Shown: positions 1 through 7,693, counted from the stretch's first letter. The stretch is 20,000 nt of DNA from an uncultured virus (IMG/VR IMGVR_UViG_3300001605_000029) (IMGVR_UViG_3300001605_000029:52074-72073); one strand, 5' to 3'. Numbers and translations: made by a program. Notes: a model not told the origin generated them from the letters alone.

Positions 1-244
1 TTTGTTGTAGTGTTACTTTAGTGCCAGGTTTAATGTTGGCAGGTTTTGGCGGAGTGCCAGGGGCCGGAGCCTGTAGTGTATACTTACCGGCCGCATCTTG
101 TCCTAGCTTCGGACTCTTGGGATTTTTCTTATCAATGGTAGTTCTAACACCGGTAGTTTTATCTACCAGTGTTGTCATCTTATCATCATCTTTTTCAATA
201 TCCAAGACAGCCTCAGCTTCTCTTAGAATTTCATAGATTTTCAT
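1..244 (-). CDS. Partial hypothetical virion (internal head) protein, runs off the window start
   Basis: Not in the ORF track; translated by hand. ATG at 244 overlaps the upstream TGA (ATGA) and reads MKIYEILREAEAVLDIEKDDDK...KPGTKVTLQQ, open to base 1. The N-terminus resembles the capsid-targeting leader. Confidence 0.75.
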   Translation of the reverse strand, partial: MKIYEILREAEAVLDIEKDDDKMTTLVDKTTGVRTTIDKKNPKSPKLGQDAAGKYTLQAPAPGTPPKPANIKPGTKVTLQQ

Positions 245-1635
245 CCTGCCAATACCTTGAGTAGTCTGTTTTGATATTGAATGCTTTCGCGTTGCTCTCG
301 ACCGGCAGCTTCAGCACCGCCGGCTGCTGCATCGGCTGCTGCAAATTCGTCACCAAAGTCATCGGCTGCATCCATTTCTGGGGCTGCGGCATTCATCGCA
401 TCCGGTTCAGCAGCCATATCTGGTGCTGCGGCAGTAGGATCTGCACCCAACATCTCGGCACCTTGTTCCTCACCTGTTAGTGTACGAACTCCAGTAGCCA
501 ATGTTTCTCTAGTGTCTTTTAGATTCTGTAGAGCTTGTTGAATTGCGGGAGCAACAGTACTAATAAAAGTCTTTGCCAATTCCGAACTCATTTCGTCACG
601 GATACTATCACCTAACTGTAATAGAGTGTCGTTCTCCATGCCAGAAAGTTCTTCAATCCAACGACCGACTCTGTCCACCATTGTTTTTGCGGTTACAATC
701 GCAGACGCTTGCTGGATTTCGCCTTCTCTTAGTTTAGTCATGTTTTCTCCTGTTTCATTTGACTCTGATGTTTTTTTAGATATTCCTGTAACAGGTCGTC
801 CTTGGGTATTTGCCCCAAGACCTGTTCTACTAGCTTTCATTCTGTCTCCACTACCGCCAATGTGCCTACTGGCCATGCTTGTTCCTGATCTACGAGGGCC
901 TTTTTGTGGCTTTCCATATTGTATCTCACCGCCCCTCTTTTGAAAATCAGCTACAGTTTCGGCGTCTTGCTCAGTTTGAACGGATTCGTTTTTTTCTTTG
1001 TTGTGTTGCTTCCATGCTGTGGCATAGGCAATACCTTTTTCTTTGTCTGTAACTTTGCCGTCATCTGCATATCCTTGCTTGATATGCTTGACCATACGCT
1101 CGCCTTTGGCTGTAGGTGGTGCTTCTTCCTCTACTGAATCTTCGGGTAGTTTACCTTTGGGACCTTTGATTTTGTAAGCATCGCCGTACTTGTCTTTTTC
1201 TTTATAGTCGCGGGCATCTTTGGCTAATCCGCCCTTACCCATGGTTTTTTCTCTACGAGCCAACTCGTCGTGTCCTTGATCTCTAGGACCACGATCTTTC
1301 TTTGGTTCTGTATCATATTGGAAATACTCGTTTTTTTGATCGGCTTCATCGTCGTCTTCTGTTACTTCAGCAACGAATTCTTCTCGTTCCATAATTTCGG
1401 CGTTGAGTGTATCTAACATGAACTGAGCTTTATGATAAGCATCGTTTTCTAAGTTTTCGTTAAATCCAGAATCTGATTTAATTTGACTTAATTGTGTTCT
1501 AATTTTGTTTCTTGCATCCTGTAACTGATGTAGATCAAAATTTTCCAAGTTTAGCTTTTGTCCAAACGTTTTACTGAGACTTTCGTTTAGTCTGCTGGCT
1601 TGTTTATTAATTTTAAAAAGGTCTGTAGTTTTCAT
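241..1635 (-). CDS. Acidic/coiled-coil prohead core or scaffold-like protein (464 aa)
   Basis: Long ORF preceded by AATAAATA. Highly charged, with many hydrophobic-x-E sites (LNES, VAEV, VEEE, LREG), a helical C-terminal domain and an Ala/Asp-rich tail. Function is inferred. Confidence 0.6.
   Translation of the reverse strand: MKTTDLFKINKQASRLNESLSKTFGQKLNLENFDLHQLQDARNKIRTQLSQIKSDSGFNENLENDAYHKAQFMLDTLNAEIMEREEFVAEVTEDDDEADQKNEYFQYDTEPKKDRGPRDQGHDELARREKTMGKGGLAKDARDYKEKDKYGDAYKIKGPKGKLPEDSVEEEAPPTAKGERMVKHIKQGYADDGKVTDKEKGIAYATAWKQHNKEKNESVQTEQDAETVADFQKRGGEIQYGKPQKGPRRSGTSMASRHIGGSGDRMKASRTGLGANTQGRPVTGISKKTSESNETGENMTKLREGEIQQASAIVTAKTMVDRVGRWIEELSGMENDTLLQLGDSIRDEMSSELAKTFISTVAPAIQQALQNLKDTRETLATGVRTLTGEEQGAEMLGADPTAAAPDMAAEPDAMNAAAPEMDAADDFGDEFAAADAAAGGAEAAGREQRESIQYQNRLLKVLAG
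746..752 (-). promoter_or_regulatory. Internal Shine-Dalgarno for an in-frame ATG at 741
   Basis: Minus strand reads ACAGGAGAAAAC-ATG, nearly identical to the RBS of the genes starting at 3407 and 7171. Confidence 0.55.
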
Positions 1636-1660
1636 AAATCGATTCCGACGAGTAATGTAG

Positions 1661-1668
1661 TATTTATT
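1661..1668 (-). promoter_or_regulatory. T4-like late promoter (AATAAATA)
   Basis: TAAATA core about 25 nt upstream of ATG 1635; the motif recurs upstream of many genes in the window. Confidence 0.65.
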
Positions 1669-2107
1669 AAGATTGAATCAATATGGTTACTGTTCGTTTG
1701 GCAATATCCGTTCTATTTTTACTTTCTTCGTATTTGGCCAGCAATATATCAGCTCGATTATAGTTGCCCATGTTTAATGCCTTATGATACTGCTGTTTTA
1801 GAAATTGCCAATCAGCAAACCATTGTCCGTACTCCTGATCAGCTTTATATATCCTATCGCATAGACCGCTGTTTTTATTCTTTGCCATGAGATTTGCCAA
1901 CTTAATAGCAGCATCATTTAAACTAACTTCACTGTAGACTAATCTATCTCGTTTCCATAGATTTTTTAAGTTTCCCTTGCTTTCGATTAGTACATCACCT
2001 ACCAGAATTCCTCTTTCAACCTTAACTGGGAGAATTTGATCACGATCTGCTAATTTTCGTTGATGTGCGGTAACAAGCTGTTCAAAGCGTTTTGAAATTT
2101 CTGTCAT
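1667..2107 (-). CDS. Hypothetical phage protein (146 aa)
   Basis: Clean ORF in the minus-strand run with a TAAATA core upstream; helical C-terminal half. Confidence 0.75.
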   Translation of the reverse strand: MTEISKRFEQLVTAHQRKLADRDQILPVKVERGILVGDVLIESKGNLKNLWKRDRLVYSEVSLNDAAIKLANLMAKNKNSGLCDRIYKADQEYGQWFADWQFLKQQYHKALNMGNYNRADILLAKYEESKNRTDIAKRTVTILIQS

Positions 2108-2108
2108 T

Positions 2109-2131
2109 AAAAAAGGAACCTATGGTTCCTT
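2109..2131 (-). terminator. Intrinsic terminator-like hairpin overlapping the RBS region of the 2107 gene
   Basis: Minus strand AAGGAACC-ATA-GGTTCCTTTTTT, downstream of gene 2149..2469. Confidence 0.65.
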
Positions 2132-2138
2132 ATTTAAG
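2131..2138 (-). promoter_or_regulatory. T4-like late promoter (CTTAAATA)
   Basis: TAAATA core directly abutting the hairpin above. Confidence 0.5.
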
Positions 2139-2148
2139 TAAGGGTAGT

Positions 2149-2469
2149 TTACAGACCAAAGAACTTGATAATCATGGGGAAGTTTATTGCACCACTCCAC
2201 CCAGCCCCCGCTACAAATGCTGCACCTACAGCACTATACAGCATAAGCTTTTCTTTACTTTTTTCTATATCGGCCATCTTTTTAGCCAATTCATTGTGTT
2301 GAGTATTGGCTTCTTTCCTCATAGACGATAGAGTTGCTTCGAGGCCGTCTCGTGTGCGGTCCAGGCAATCATGCATATCTTTAACACCGTCTTTTAATTC
2401 GTCAATCTTTTCGTCTACGTGATGTACTTTAATTTCAAGTACACCTACTCTTTCTGCTACTGTTGGCAT
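2149..2469 (-). CDS. Coiled-coil protein with a C-terminal transmembrane segment (holin/XhlA-like architecture)
   Basis: Heptad-rich N-terminus followed by hydrophobic LMLYSAVGAAFVAGAGW; AAGGAG RBS upstream. Confidence 0.55.
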   Translation of the reverse strand: MPTVAERVGVLEIKVHHVDEKIDELKDGVKDMHDCLDRTRDGLEATLSSMRKEANTQHNELAKKMADIEKSKEKLMLYSAVGAAFVAGAGWSGAINFPMIIKFFGL

Positions 2470-2544
2470 TTGGCCAGCTCCTTGATTAAGTTAAATTCCG
2501 TTAGAGAATGGCCTGAGAAAAATGCCTTGTTTGCCTGTATGATT

Positions 2545-2552
2545 TATTTATT
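2545..2552 (-). promoter_or_regulatory. T4-like late promoter (AATAAATA)
   Basis: TAAATA core in the intergenic gap upstream of the 2469 gene. Confidence 0.55.
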
Positions 2553-2556
2553 CAAG

Positions 2557-2946
2557 TTACTTTAATTCGTTAACCCAAATATTGATGTTTGTTCCTTGAG
2601 TTTGAATTGCTGGTGGCACAATTTCTACAGAATTGTCTAGATTATCAACGATGGGGACTCCGTGTAGATCTTCAATTAATAGTCCTACAGGATTGTTGTC
2701 GGAAAGAAATAGATCTTCTCGTTCGACTTCAAATTCCCACAGCCAGTGGGTTGCTTTACTGTTATCAGGAAGTCGTCCATTTGATTTTATAGGATCTCGA
2801 GACCAAGTTACATTAGATCTCAATTCGATAGCTTGTCGTAGGCTGTTGAAGTTGCTTTGTTGTTTTTGTTCATGTGCAGTGCCCGTTGATTTTGTGGCAC
2901 CGGTTCTGGTAATGTCGATTAACGTGGTAATTTGATATCTTGGCAT
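2557..2946 (-). CDS. Hypothetical phage protein (129 aa)
   Basis: Clean ORF with an exact TATAAATA 10 nt upstream. Confidence 0.8.
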   Translation of the reverse strand: MPRYQITTLIDITRTGATKSTGTAHEQKQQSNFNSLRQAIELRSNVTWSRDPIKSNGRLPDNSKATHWLWEFEVEREDLFLSDNNPVGLLIEDLHGVPIVDNLDNSVEIVPPAIQTQGTNINIWVNELK

Positions 2947-2956
2947 AATATGCTAC

Positions 2957-2964
2957 TATTTATA
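2957..2964 (-). promoter_or_regulatory. T4 late promoter consensus TATAAATA
   Basis: Exact match to the T4 gp55-dependent consensus, located just downstream of a terminator. Confidence 0.75.
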
Positions 2965-2970
2965 GCCAAT

Positions 2971-2995
2971 AAAAAAGGCGGAATAAATCCGCCTT
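2971..2995 (-). terminator. Intrinsic terminator
   Basis: Minus strand AAGGCGGA-TTTAT-TCCGCCTTTTTT, after gene 3018..3407. Confidence 0.85.
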
Positions 2996-3017
2996 AGTCT
3001 TCCCATCTCGAGAAAGA

Positions 3018-3407
3018 TTATAGTGCTGGTGTAAACACTGCAACAGTCGCGAATGTAGTATCGCCAAGTGTTGTTAAGTTTGGTGTACCTGTACCTTGTA
3101 GGCGGAAGTAAACAACGTCAGTTGTACCGCTTACAAATGCTGTGCCATTGGCTGTTCCGATTGCGGCTACTGTGAAAGCATCTGGACCATTACTATCCGA
3201 ACCAGTACCGTCACCACCAGCCAATGTTAGCTGATTACGAGCTGCGGTTAATTCAGCATCAGTCATGTCTGTGTTAGATACGCTAACGATCAACTCACGA
3301 CCTACGTCGGCTTGGTTGATAACGTGCTTACCAAAGTTAGTAGTCAATGTTGCAACTGTTGAACCAGCGTTGCTTACTGTTTGTGCGAATGAACTTAGAT
3401 CTGCCAT
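3018..3407 (-). CDS. Probable abundant virion structural protein (129 aa)
   Basis: Ala/Thr/Gly-rich and monocistronic, with its own late promoter, a strong AAGGAGA RBS and a terminator. Confidence 0.6.
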   Translation of the reverse strand: MADLSSFAQTVSNAGSTVATLTTNFGKHVINQADVGRELIVSVSNTDMTDAELTAARNQLTLAGGDGTGSDSNGPDAFTVAAIGTANGTAFVSGTTDVVYFRLQGTGTPNLTTLGDTTFATVAVFTPAL

Positions 3408-3453
3408 GATATTTTCTCCTTAATCATATGGTCTCGCTCAGAGACCGGCATAG

Positions 3454-3461
3454 TATTTATT
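3454..3461 (-). promoter_or_regulatory. T4-like late promoter (AATAAATA) followed by a 5'UTR hairpin (3430-3446)
   Basis: TAAATA core, with a GGTCTC-N5-GAGACC inverted repeat in the leader. Confidence 0.65.
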
Positions 3462-3491
3462 CAATTTGAAAAAAATTAGTCTAATACTGCA

Positions 3492-4609
3492 TTAATCAGG
3501 TCGAAATGGAGTCCAACGATCGCGGGGTACTAACTTCACTGAATCTCGGCCCTTAACATAACCTTCGCCGCCGGGCTTGCCGTCAGTAGTGGCAGTTATA
3601 TCGCCTATAGCAGCGTCTAATTCACGGATAATTTCATCTTTAGCTTTCATCAACTCTACTACTAGGGCAAACATAGCATCCATAGTTCCCTGATAGGTAT
3701 CGTTTAAACCCGCAATCTTTTGTTGCTGTCCGGTACTGACTTTGCTACCGGGTAACCATTCAAAGAACGTTTGACTATTAATTTTGTCCAAAGCTTTGGC
3801 CTTGCTTTGATTGTTGACAAAAGTGTAAATGATGTTTCGCAACCCGCTAAGACCCGGTATCGGGCTTAGAAGTTTATCTATGTTGGCAGTGTGTTGATTA
3901 GCTAACTTTTCAATGACTGCTAAATTGTCTGCATCAACAGCAGGTTTGGTACTGACATAGGTTAACCCAAATACTGCTAGTTCTGGGTTAGCTGCAAATG
4001 TTTCGGGATTTTCAAACGGCTCACCACGTCCATCACCAAAGTATTCATATGCTTGAATTGCTGCCACAGCAATCTTGGCCTTGGCCAATTTACGACCAAC
4101 TTCACTACTGCCCCTTACAGAATAAGTAGTTTGATTTGGAGTGAACGTTATTCTTCCATCAGCGCCTTGATAGGGCTTGCCCGGATGAAATAAAATATCA
4201 CCATAAACATATCCACGAAAGTCTTGGGGTGTTGCTTTTTCAAATATGGGCCACATTGATGCCATGTCAGAAGCAAACTTCTCACGCCAATCTTCTCCCT
4301 TGCCCCGACTCATGATGAATTGTTTAAGATCTTCTGGACTGCTGCTCTTGCCTTCTTCACGCCCCCTAGTTGTTCTTGCCCACCATACGGAAGGTACCGT
4401 CTTCGTCAACGACCCCAATAGACTGTAGGGTTACCATCCCACTTGATAGTAACATCGCTGGCATCTTGGCTTATATTCTTTAGAACGTTTACAGNCCGCA
4501 TTGCACCTTTAGGTTCTGTAAACACTAGATCTTCGAGGTGGTTAAATTCTCTACCTACTTTTTTAGGAGCAGGTGCCTCGGCCTCTGTAAGAAATTCAAA
4601 TGCTCTCAT
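3492..4609 (-). CDS. ATP-dependent ligase/capping-enzyme-like nucleotidyltransferase (DUF6267-like, recalled), ~371 aa after correcting two 1-nt insertions
   Basis: Removing one base at ~4408 and one at 4367 joins ORFs 4406..4609 and 3492..4418 as ...TIKWDGNPTVYWGR-DEDGTFRMVGKNN-WGREEGKSS.... Motifs: KxDG (I), YGDILF (III-like), EGYV (IV), VKLV (V-like). Confidence 0.65.
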
Positions 4610-5058
4610 GCTTCTTTTTTTAATCTAGAAATAAAATTCTTTTGACGGTTAATGTTTTGTGGTTGTCCGATGCCAATGTCGTCGTGGCTGAATACTCCGT
4701 AGAGTTTGATCGTTGTAGGATTACGACCTTCTATGGTGTAGAATAGGCTTAGGTCTGAATTCAGATGAGTGTAGCGCATTTTAGAAAATGCCTTTCCAAT
4801 AGGACCATTTCCACCAAATGGTTTATCTTTACCACCAAATGGCTGCATAGGATCGCGAGATTTGGTTGTTACAAAGTCTTCGAGCTTGTTCTGTAGATTA
4901 GGCATCATTGCTGTTCTTTTCTGTACAGTTTCATCAAAGATACTGCTTTTTAAAAATTGAACACTGTCTCCAGCTTCAACAATAGACCATTTTCCCTGTT
5001 CTGCAATCTGAAGTTGCTCTAGAACAGTGTCGGCGGCGACAAACTCAAAAGCTCTCAT
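4606..5058 (-). CDS. RelE/YafQ-like endoribonuclease with an N-terminal leader
   Basis: C-terminal HLNSDLSLFYTIE...IKLYGVFSHDD resembles the YafQ pattern H-x3-D-x2-L-h-Y...L-x3-GSH; ATGA overlaps on both sides. Confidence 0.55.
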   Translation of the reverse strand: MRAFEFVAADTVLEQLQIAEQGKWSIVEAGDSVQFLKSSIFDETVQKRTAMMPNLQNKLEDFVTTKSRDPMQPFGGKDKPFGGNGPIGKAFSKMRYTHLNSDLSLFYTIEGRNPTTIKLYGVFSHDDIGIGQPQNINRQKNFISRLKKEA

Positions 5059-5825
5059 TTTGTAATTTCAATCATCTTTCGGAACCAAGCACCTGTTCCG
5101 GGAGTATAACTTTCCAGTTGATTTGCTATGGGCAATTCAACTCCTTCTTTTTTCAAGGTTTCTCTAGCATCGGCCACTAGATCATCGTAGTTGGGCAATC
5201 TAATAACATAGTCAATAATAGATTCGGGATCTTCTAGATTTTTAGCAGTGGCCGATTGCCCCAATAATTTTTTGGCAATTTCGTTAGGGTCTTTAGTAAT
5301 GATTTCGTTTGTTTCACGATTCATTAATCCATTCTGGAAACTCCATTTCATTCCCCGTGCTTTGGCAATACTGGCTAGGATAATGTGTCTATGACTGCCT
5401 TTTAGTTCACTACCTTCTCGTCCCCCGGTCATACTCCACTTCATCCAGTCTCGTTCACCAAACATAAAGTCAGCTTGAACATAACCATTAACGGCATCGC
5501 CGCCTATGGGTGTTTTGAAGTGTACACTAATTCCAGATTTTTTAATCCAATCTTTAGGATCACCGCCCTGCTTTTCAATATAGCTGGCCAACTTGTTTGC
5601 AAATTCGTTCTTATCAACTTCATTGGCATCGATAGCCAGATCCAAGTCACCACTGGATGATTTCTTTCCAGTTGTGCCCAGCATAAAATCTGTTAGCTCT
5701 AGCCCTGTAATATTCTCTAACCACTGTACTGTGGGCAGTACATCGGCCTTGTTTATTCTTTTAGTTAAGATAGTTCCGGCTTCATCTTTAAATGCATTGC
5801 CGCCTTCTTTTAACAGTTTATTCAT
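5055..5825 (-). CDS. Pol-beta superfamily nucleotidyltransferase (256 aa)
   Basis: LGTTGKKSSSGDLDLAID fits hG[ST]-x-DhDh; a third acidic residue is present in VQADFMF. Confidence 0.7.
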   Translation of the reverse strand: MNKLLKEGGNAFKDEAGTILTKRINKADVLPTVQWLENITGLELTDFMLGTTGKKSSSGDLDLAIDANEVDKNEFANKLASYIEKQGGDPKDWIKKSGISVHFKTPIGGDAVNGYVQADFMFGERDWMKWSMTGGREGSELKGSHRHIILASIAKARGMKWSFQNGLMNRETNEIITKDPNEIAKKLLGQSATAKNLEDPESIIDYVIRLPNYDDLVADARETLKKEGVELPIANQLESYTPGTGAWFRKMIEITK

Positions 5826-6102
5826 TTTTGTCTTCGTCCAGTTTGCGCTTTTGTTTACGAGATTCGGCTATTTTTCGAATACCCCGAGTAAACTTAGCTG
5901 TGTCCTGCCCCTTAATGGCATTGATGAAACGGCGCTCCAATTCGTCTGCTTCCTCTGGAGTATAACTGCTGTGTATACTTTCCAAAAGATTGATAGCCGA
6001 ATTAATGATGTTAGTAGCTCTACTTTCGTATAGACTGTCTTTATTGCGAACATCAGCAATTTCGTTTAATTCTTGTAATATTGATCTAGTACGTAGTTTC
6101 AT
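5818..6102 (-). CDS. Small helical hypothetical protein (94 aa)
   Basis: First gene of the coupled operon; 8-nt overlap with the next gene; GGTAAATA upstream. Confidence 0.8.
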   Translation of the reverse strand: MKLRTRSILQELNEIADVRNKDSLYESRATNIINSAINLLESIHSSYTPEEADELERRFINAIKGQDTAKFTRGIRKIAESRKQKRKLDEDKNE

Positions 6103-6120
6103 TTAATCGTTCCGATTGTG

Positions 6121-6128
6121 TATTTACC
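6121..6128 (-). promoter_or_regulatory. T4-like late promoter (GGTAAATA)
   Basis: TAAATA core 18 nt upstream of ATG 6102. Confidence 0.6.
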
Positions 6129-6172
6129 GGTTTTATAGCTAATAACTTTTCTAGTGTAATGTGCGATTGCAG

Positions 6173-6180
6173 CATAAATA
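6173..6180 (+). promoter_or_regulatory. T4-like late promoter (CATAAATA) for the plus-strand cassette
   Basis: TAAATA core divergent from 6121, 50 nt upstream of ATG 6230; adjoins a TGC-N4-GCAGCA element. Confidence 0.55.
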
Positions 6181-6229
6181 TATGTATCAGTAGAAACCAT
6201 GAGTACTACGGACACATAAAGGACACACA

Positions 6230-6412
6230 ATGTTAATATCGACTATTATAGCATACTTTGCTGAATTGTTCAAGCGGGTTGATAAGCCCGGAACATACGG
6301 CAGCGAATTGGAACAGTACATTGTTTCAAAAAATCCCGGCAGCGTAGCGGAAATCGAATTCTGGACTACACAATACGACAGAAATACAACAAAAAGAGGA
6401 TGGCCACTATGA
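6230..6412 (+). CDS. Small hypothetical protein (DUF3563-like, tentative)
   Basis: AAGGA RBS; LEQYIVSKNPGSVAEIE loosely resembles small betaproteobacterial DUF3563 proteins. Confidence 0.6.
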   Translation: MLISTIIAYFAELFKRVDKPGTYGSELEQYIVSKNPGSVAEIEFWTTQYDRNTTKRGWPL

Positions 6413-6528
6413 AAAAGTTTTTTAATTTAATTTACCAAATATGTCTAAGCATAGGTCAGGCAAGAGCTGCTGCCGAGTTAAGTCGTCATGGTCTTCATGA
6501 AGAAGCCAAAGCCTTGTTATTGAAATAA
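6409..6528 (+). CDS. Small 39-aa amphipathic protein
   Basis: Below the track cutoff. MKKFFNLIYQICLSIGQARAAAELSRHGLHEEAKALLLK; AGAGGA RBS, ATGA overlap, and it fills the gap up to ATG 6530. Confidence 0.7.
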   Translation: MKKFFNLIYQICLSIGQARAAAELSRHGLHEEAKALLLK

Positions 6529-6529
6529 C

Positions 6530-7102
6530 ATGCATTTAGTCTATAGACTTCGTCCGGACGAGTACAGTAGATATCGCAAGCATCTATTAGCATTGGATGC
6601 TGACAGTAGATACACTCGTTTTGGCTACATGATCAAAGACGAAGTTATAGAGCAACTATGCGATCGATTCGAAGCTGATCCCAAAAACCATAAAATCTTT
6701 GTTATTGAAAACGAACAGTTGGAAGTGGTAGCAGCAGGACACATAGCATTAGAAGATGAGACTACCGAATTGGCGTTTTCAGTATTAAAAGAGTATCGCA
6801 AGCAAGGCATGGGCGATGCACTGATGAGACGCACTATTGAGTGGTGTCAGAATCGCAACATTAAAGGTGGCTGCATGGTCTGCCTTAGTACTAATGCTGC
6901 TATCAAAGCACTGGCCAAAAAGCACGGGGTGCTGATCAATCAAGGTGGCGAGACTATGGCAAATATTGAAATACCTCACAGCACGGCGGCCAGTATAATG
7001 AACGAAGCAGTTGATAGTAATCTTGCTAGACTGGATCACTTGGGCAAACTGCATCGCAATTTTGTCAAAACAATCACATTGCCTTTGCTTTTTACAAAAT
7101 AA
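6530..7102 (+). CDS. GNAT family N-acetyltransferase
   Basis: ELAFSVLKEYRKQGMGDALM contains acetyl-CoA motif A (R/Q-x-x-G-x-G); N-x-A-x-x-L motif downstream. Confidence 0.9.
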   Translation: MHLVYRLRPDEYSRYRKHLLALDADSRYTRFGYMIKDEVIEQLCDRFEADPKNHKIFVIENEQLEVVAAGHIALEDETTELAFSVLKEYRKQGMGDALMRRTIEWCQNRNIKGGCMVCLSTNAAIKALAKKHGVLINQGGETMANIEIPHSTAASIMNEAVDSNLARLDHLGKLHRNFVKTITLPLLFTK

Positions 7103-7115
7103 AGATATATACTAA

Positions 7116-7142
7116 TACAAGCAGCAGATATTGTTGCTTGTA
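7116..7142 (+). promoter_or_regulatory. Inverted repeat/hairpin upstream of the phasin-like gene
   Basis: TACAAGCAGCA-GATAT-TGTTGCTTGTA, an 11-bp stem with one G-U pair; preceded by GATATATA, a possible late-promoter variant. Confidence 0.55.
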
Positions 7143-7170
7143 GTAACATACACAAACACAGGAGAAAAAT

Positions 7171-7395
7171 ATGTTTACACCAGACGCTATCATCGACTCT
7201 ATCCAGAGCAGCAAAAAACAATTTGTCAATACATTCGTTACTGACAAAAAGTTCCAAACAGAATTGCATAAACTCATTGACGCTCAAGCCGAAGCTGCAA
7301 AAACTTCAGTCAAGGCATCTACAGCTATTGCTCAAGCATTTACCTCGCAAGCAACAACTACAATGAAGCAGTTCGTTCCTACCTACACTAAGTAA
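7171..7395 (+). CDS. Phasin-like small helical protein (74 aa)
   Basis: Strong AGGAGA RBS; Ala/Thr/Gln/Lys-rich amphipathic helical sequence. Family assignment is tentative. Confidence 0.5.
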   Translation: MFTPDAIIDSIQSSKKQFVNTFVTDKKFQTELHKLIDAQAEAAKTSVKASTAIAQAFTSQATTTMKQFVPTYTK

Positions 7396-7423
7396 TCATA
7401 AACATACACACAGGAAAAATATT

Positions 7424-7693
7424 ATGTCAGATTTTAATACACCCAAGCTACCAGAAGTAAAATTCAATAAGAACGGATACGAAATCCGCACAGACATTCT
7501 AGCAATGGCCAAAGACATGGTACAACAAGACTTCCAAGTTAAGTTTGCCGGTTGGGAAATGACTGCCGAACGAGATGAGAAGACTGGGCAAATCGTTAGC
7601 AAGGTCAATATGCCAGAGTTTCCGGGACTTGAGAAAGTCTTAGAAACCGCTGAAAAGATGTACAGTTTTGTAAATAGTGGTACTAAGAAGTAA
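7424..7693 (+). CDS. Hypothetical phage protein (89 aa)
   Basis: CAGGA RBS; the NGYEIRxxILxMAK...AEKMYSFV pattern is one I recall from T4-like phage hypothetical proteins. Confidence 0.8.
   Translation: MSDFNTPKLPEVKFNKNGYEIRTDILAMAKDMVQQDFQVKFAGWEMTAERDEKTGQIVSKVNMPEFPGLEKVLETAEKMYSFVNSGTKK

Noticed and set aside
21..1890. Plus-strand ORFs 21..236, 271..480, 281..541, 626..943, 904..1137 and 1600..1890, and similar antisense ORFs elsewhere in the track
   Set aside because: Shadows of longer opposite-strand genes, with no RBS and non-protein-like composition.
4366..4368. Possible TAG stop-codon recoding (no accepted gene ends in TAG, and a TAG appears in the broken ligase-like gene)
   Set aside because: Reading through this TAG does not restore the frame, whereas deleting one base does. 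Long genes contain no in-frame TAG, so there is no positive evidence for an alternative code.
4606..6102. Classical type II toxin-antitoxin pair
   Set aside because: No adjacent RHH/HTH or DinJ/RelB-like antitoxin is recognisable; the 94-aa gene is separated from the toxin-like gene by the NTase.
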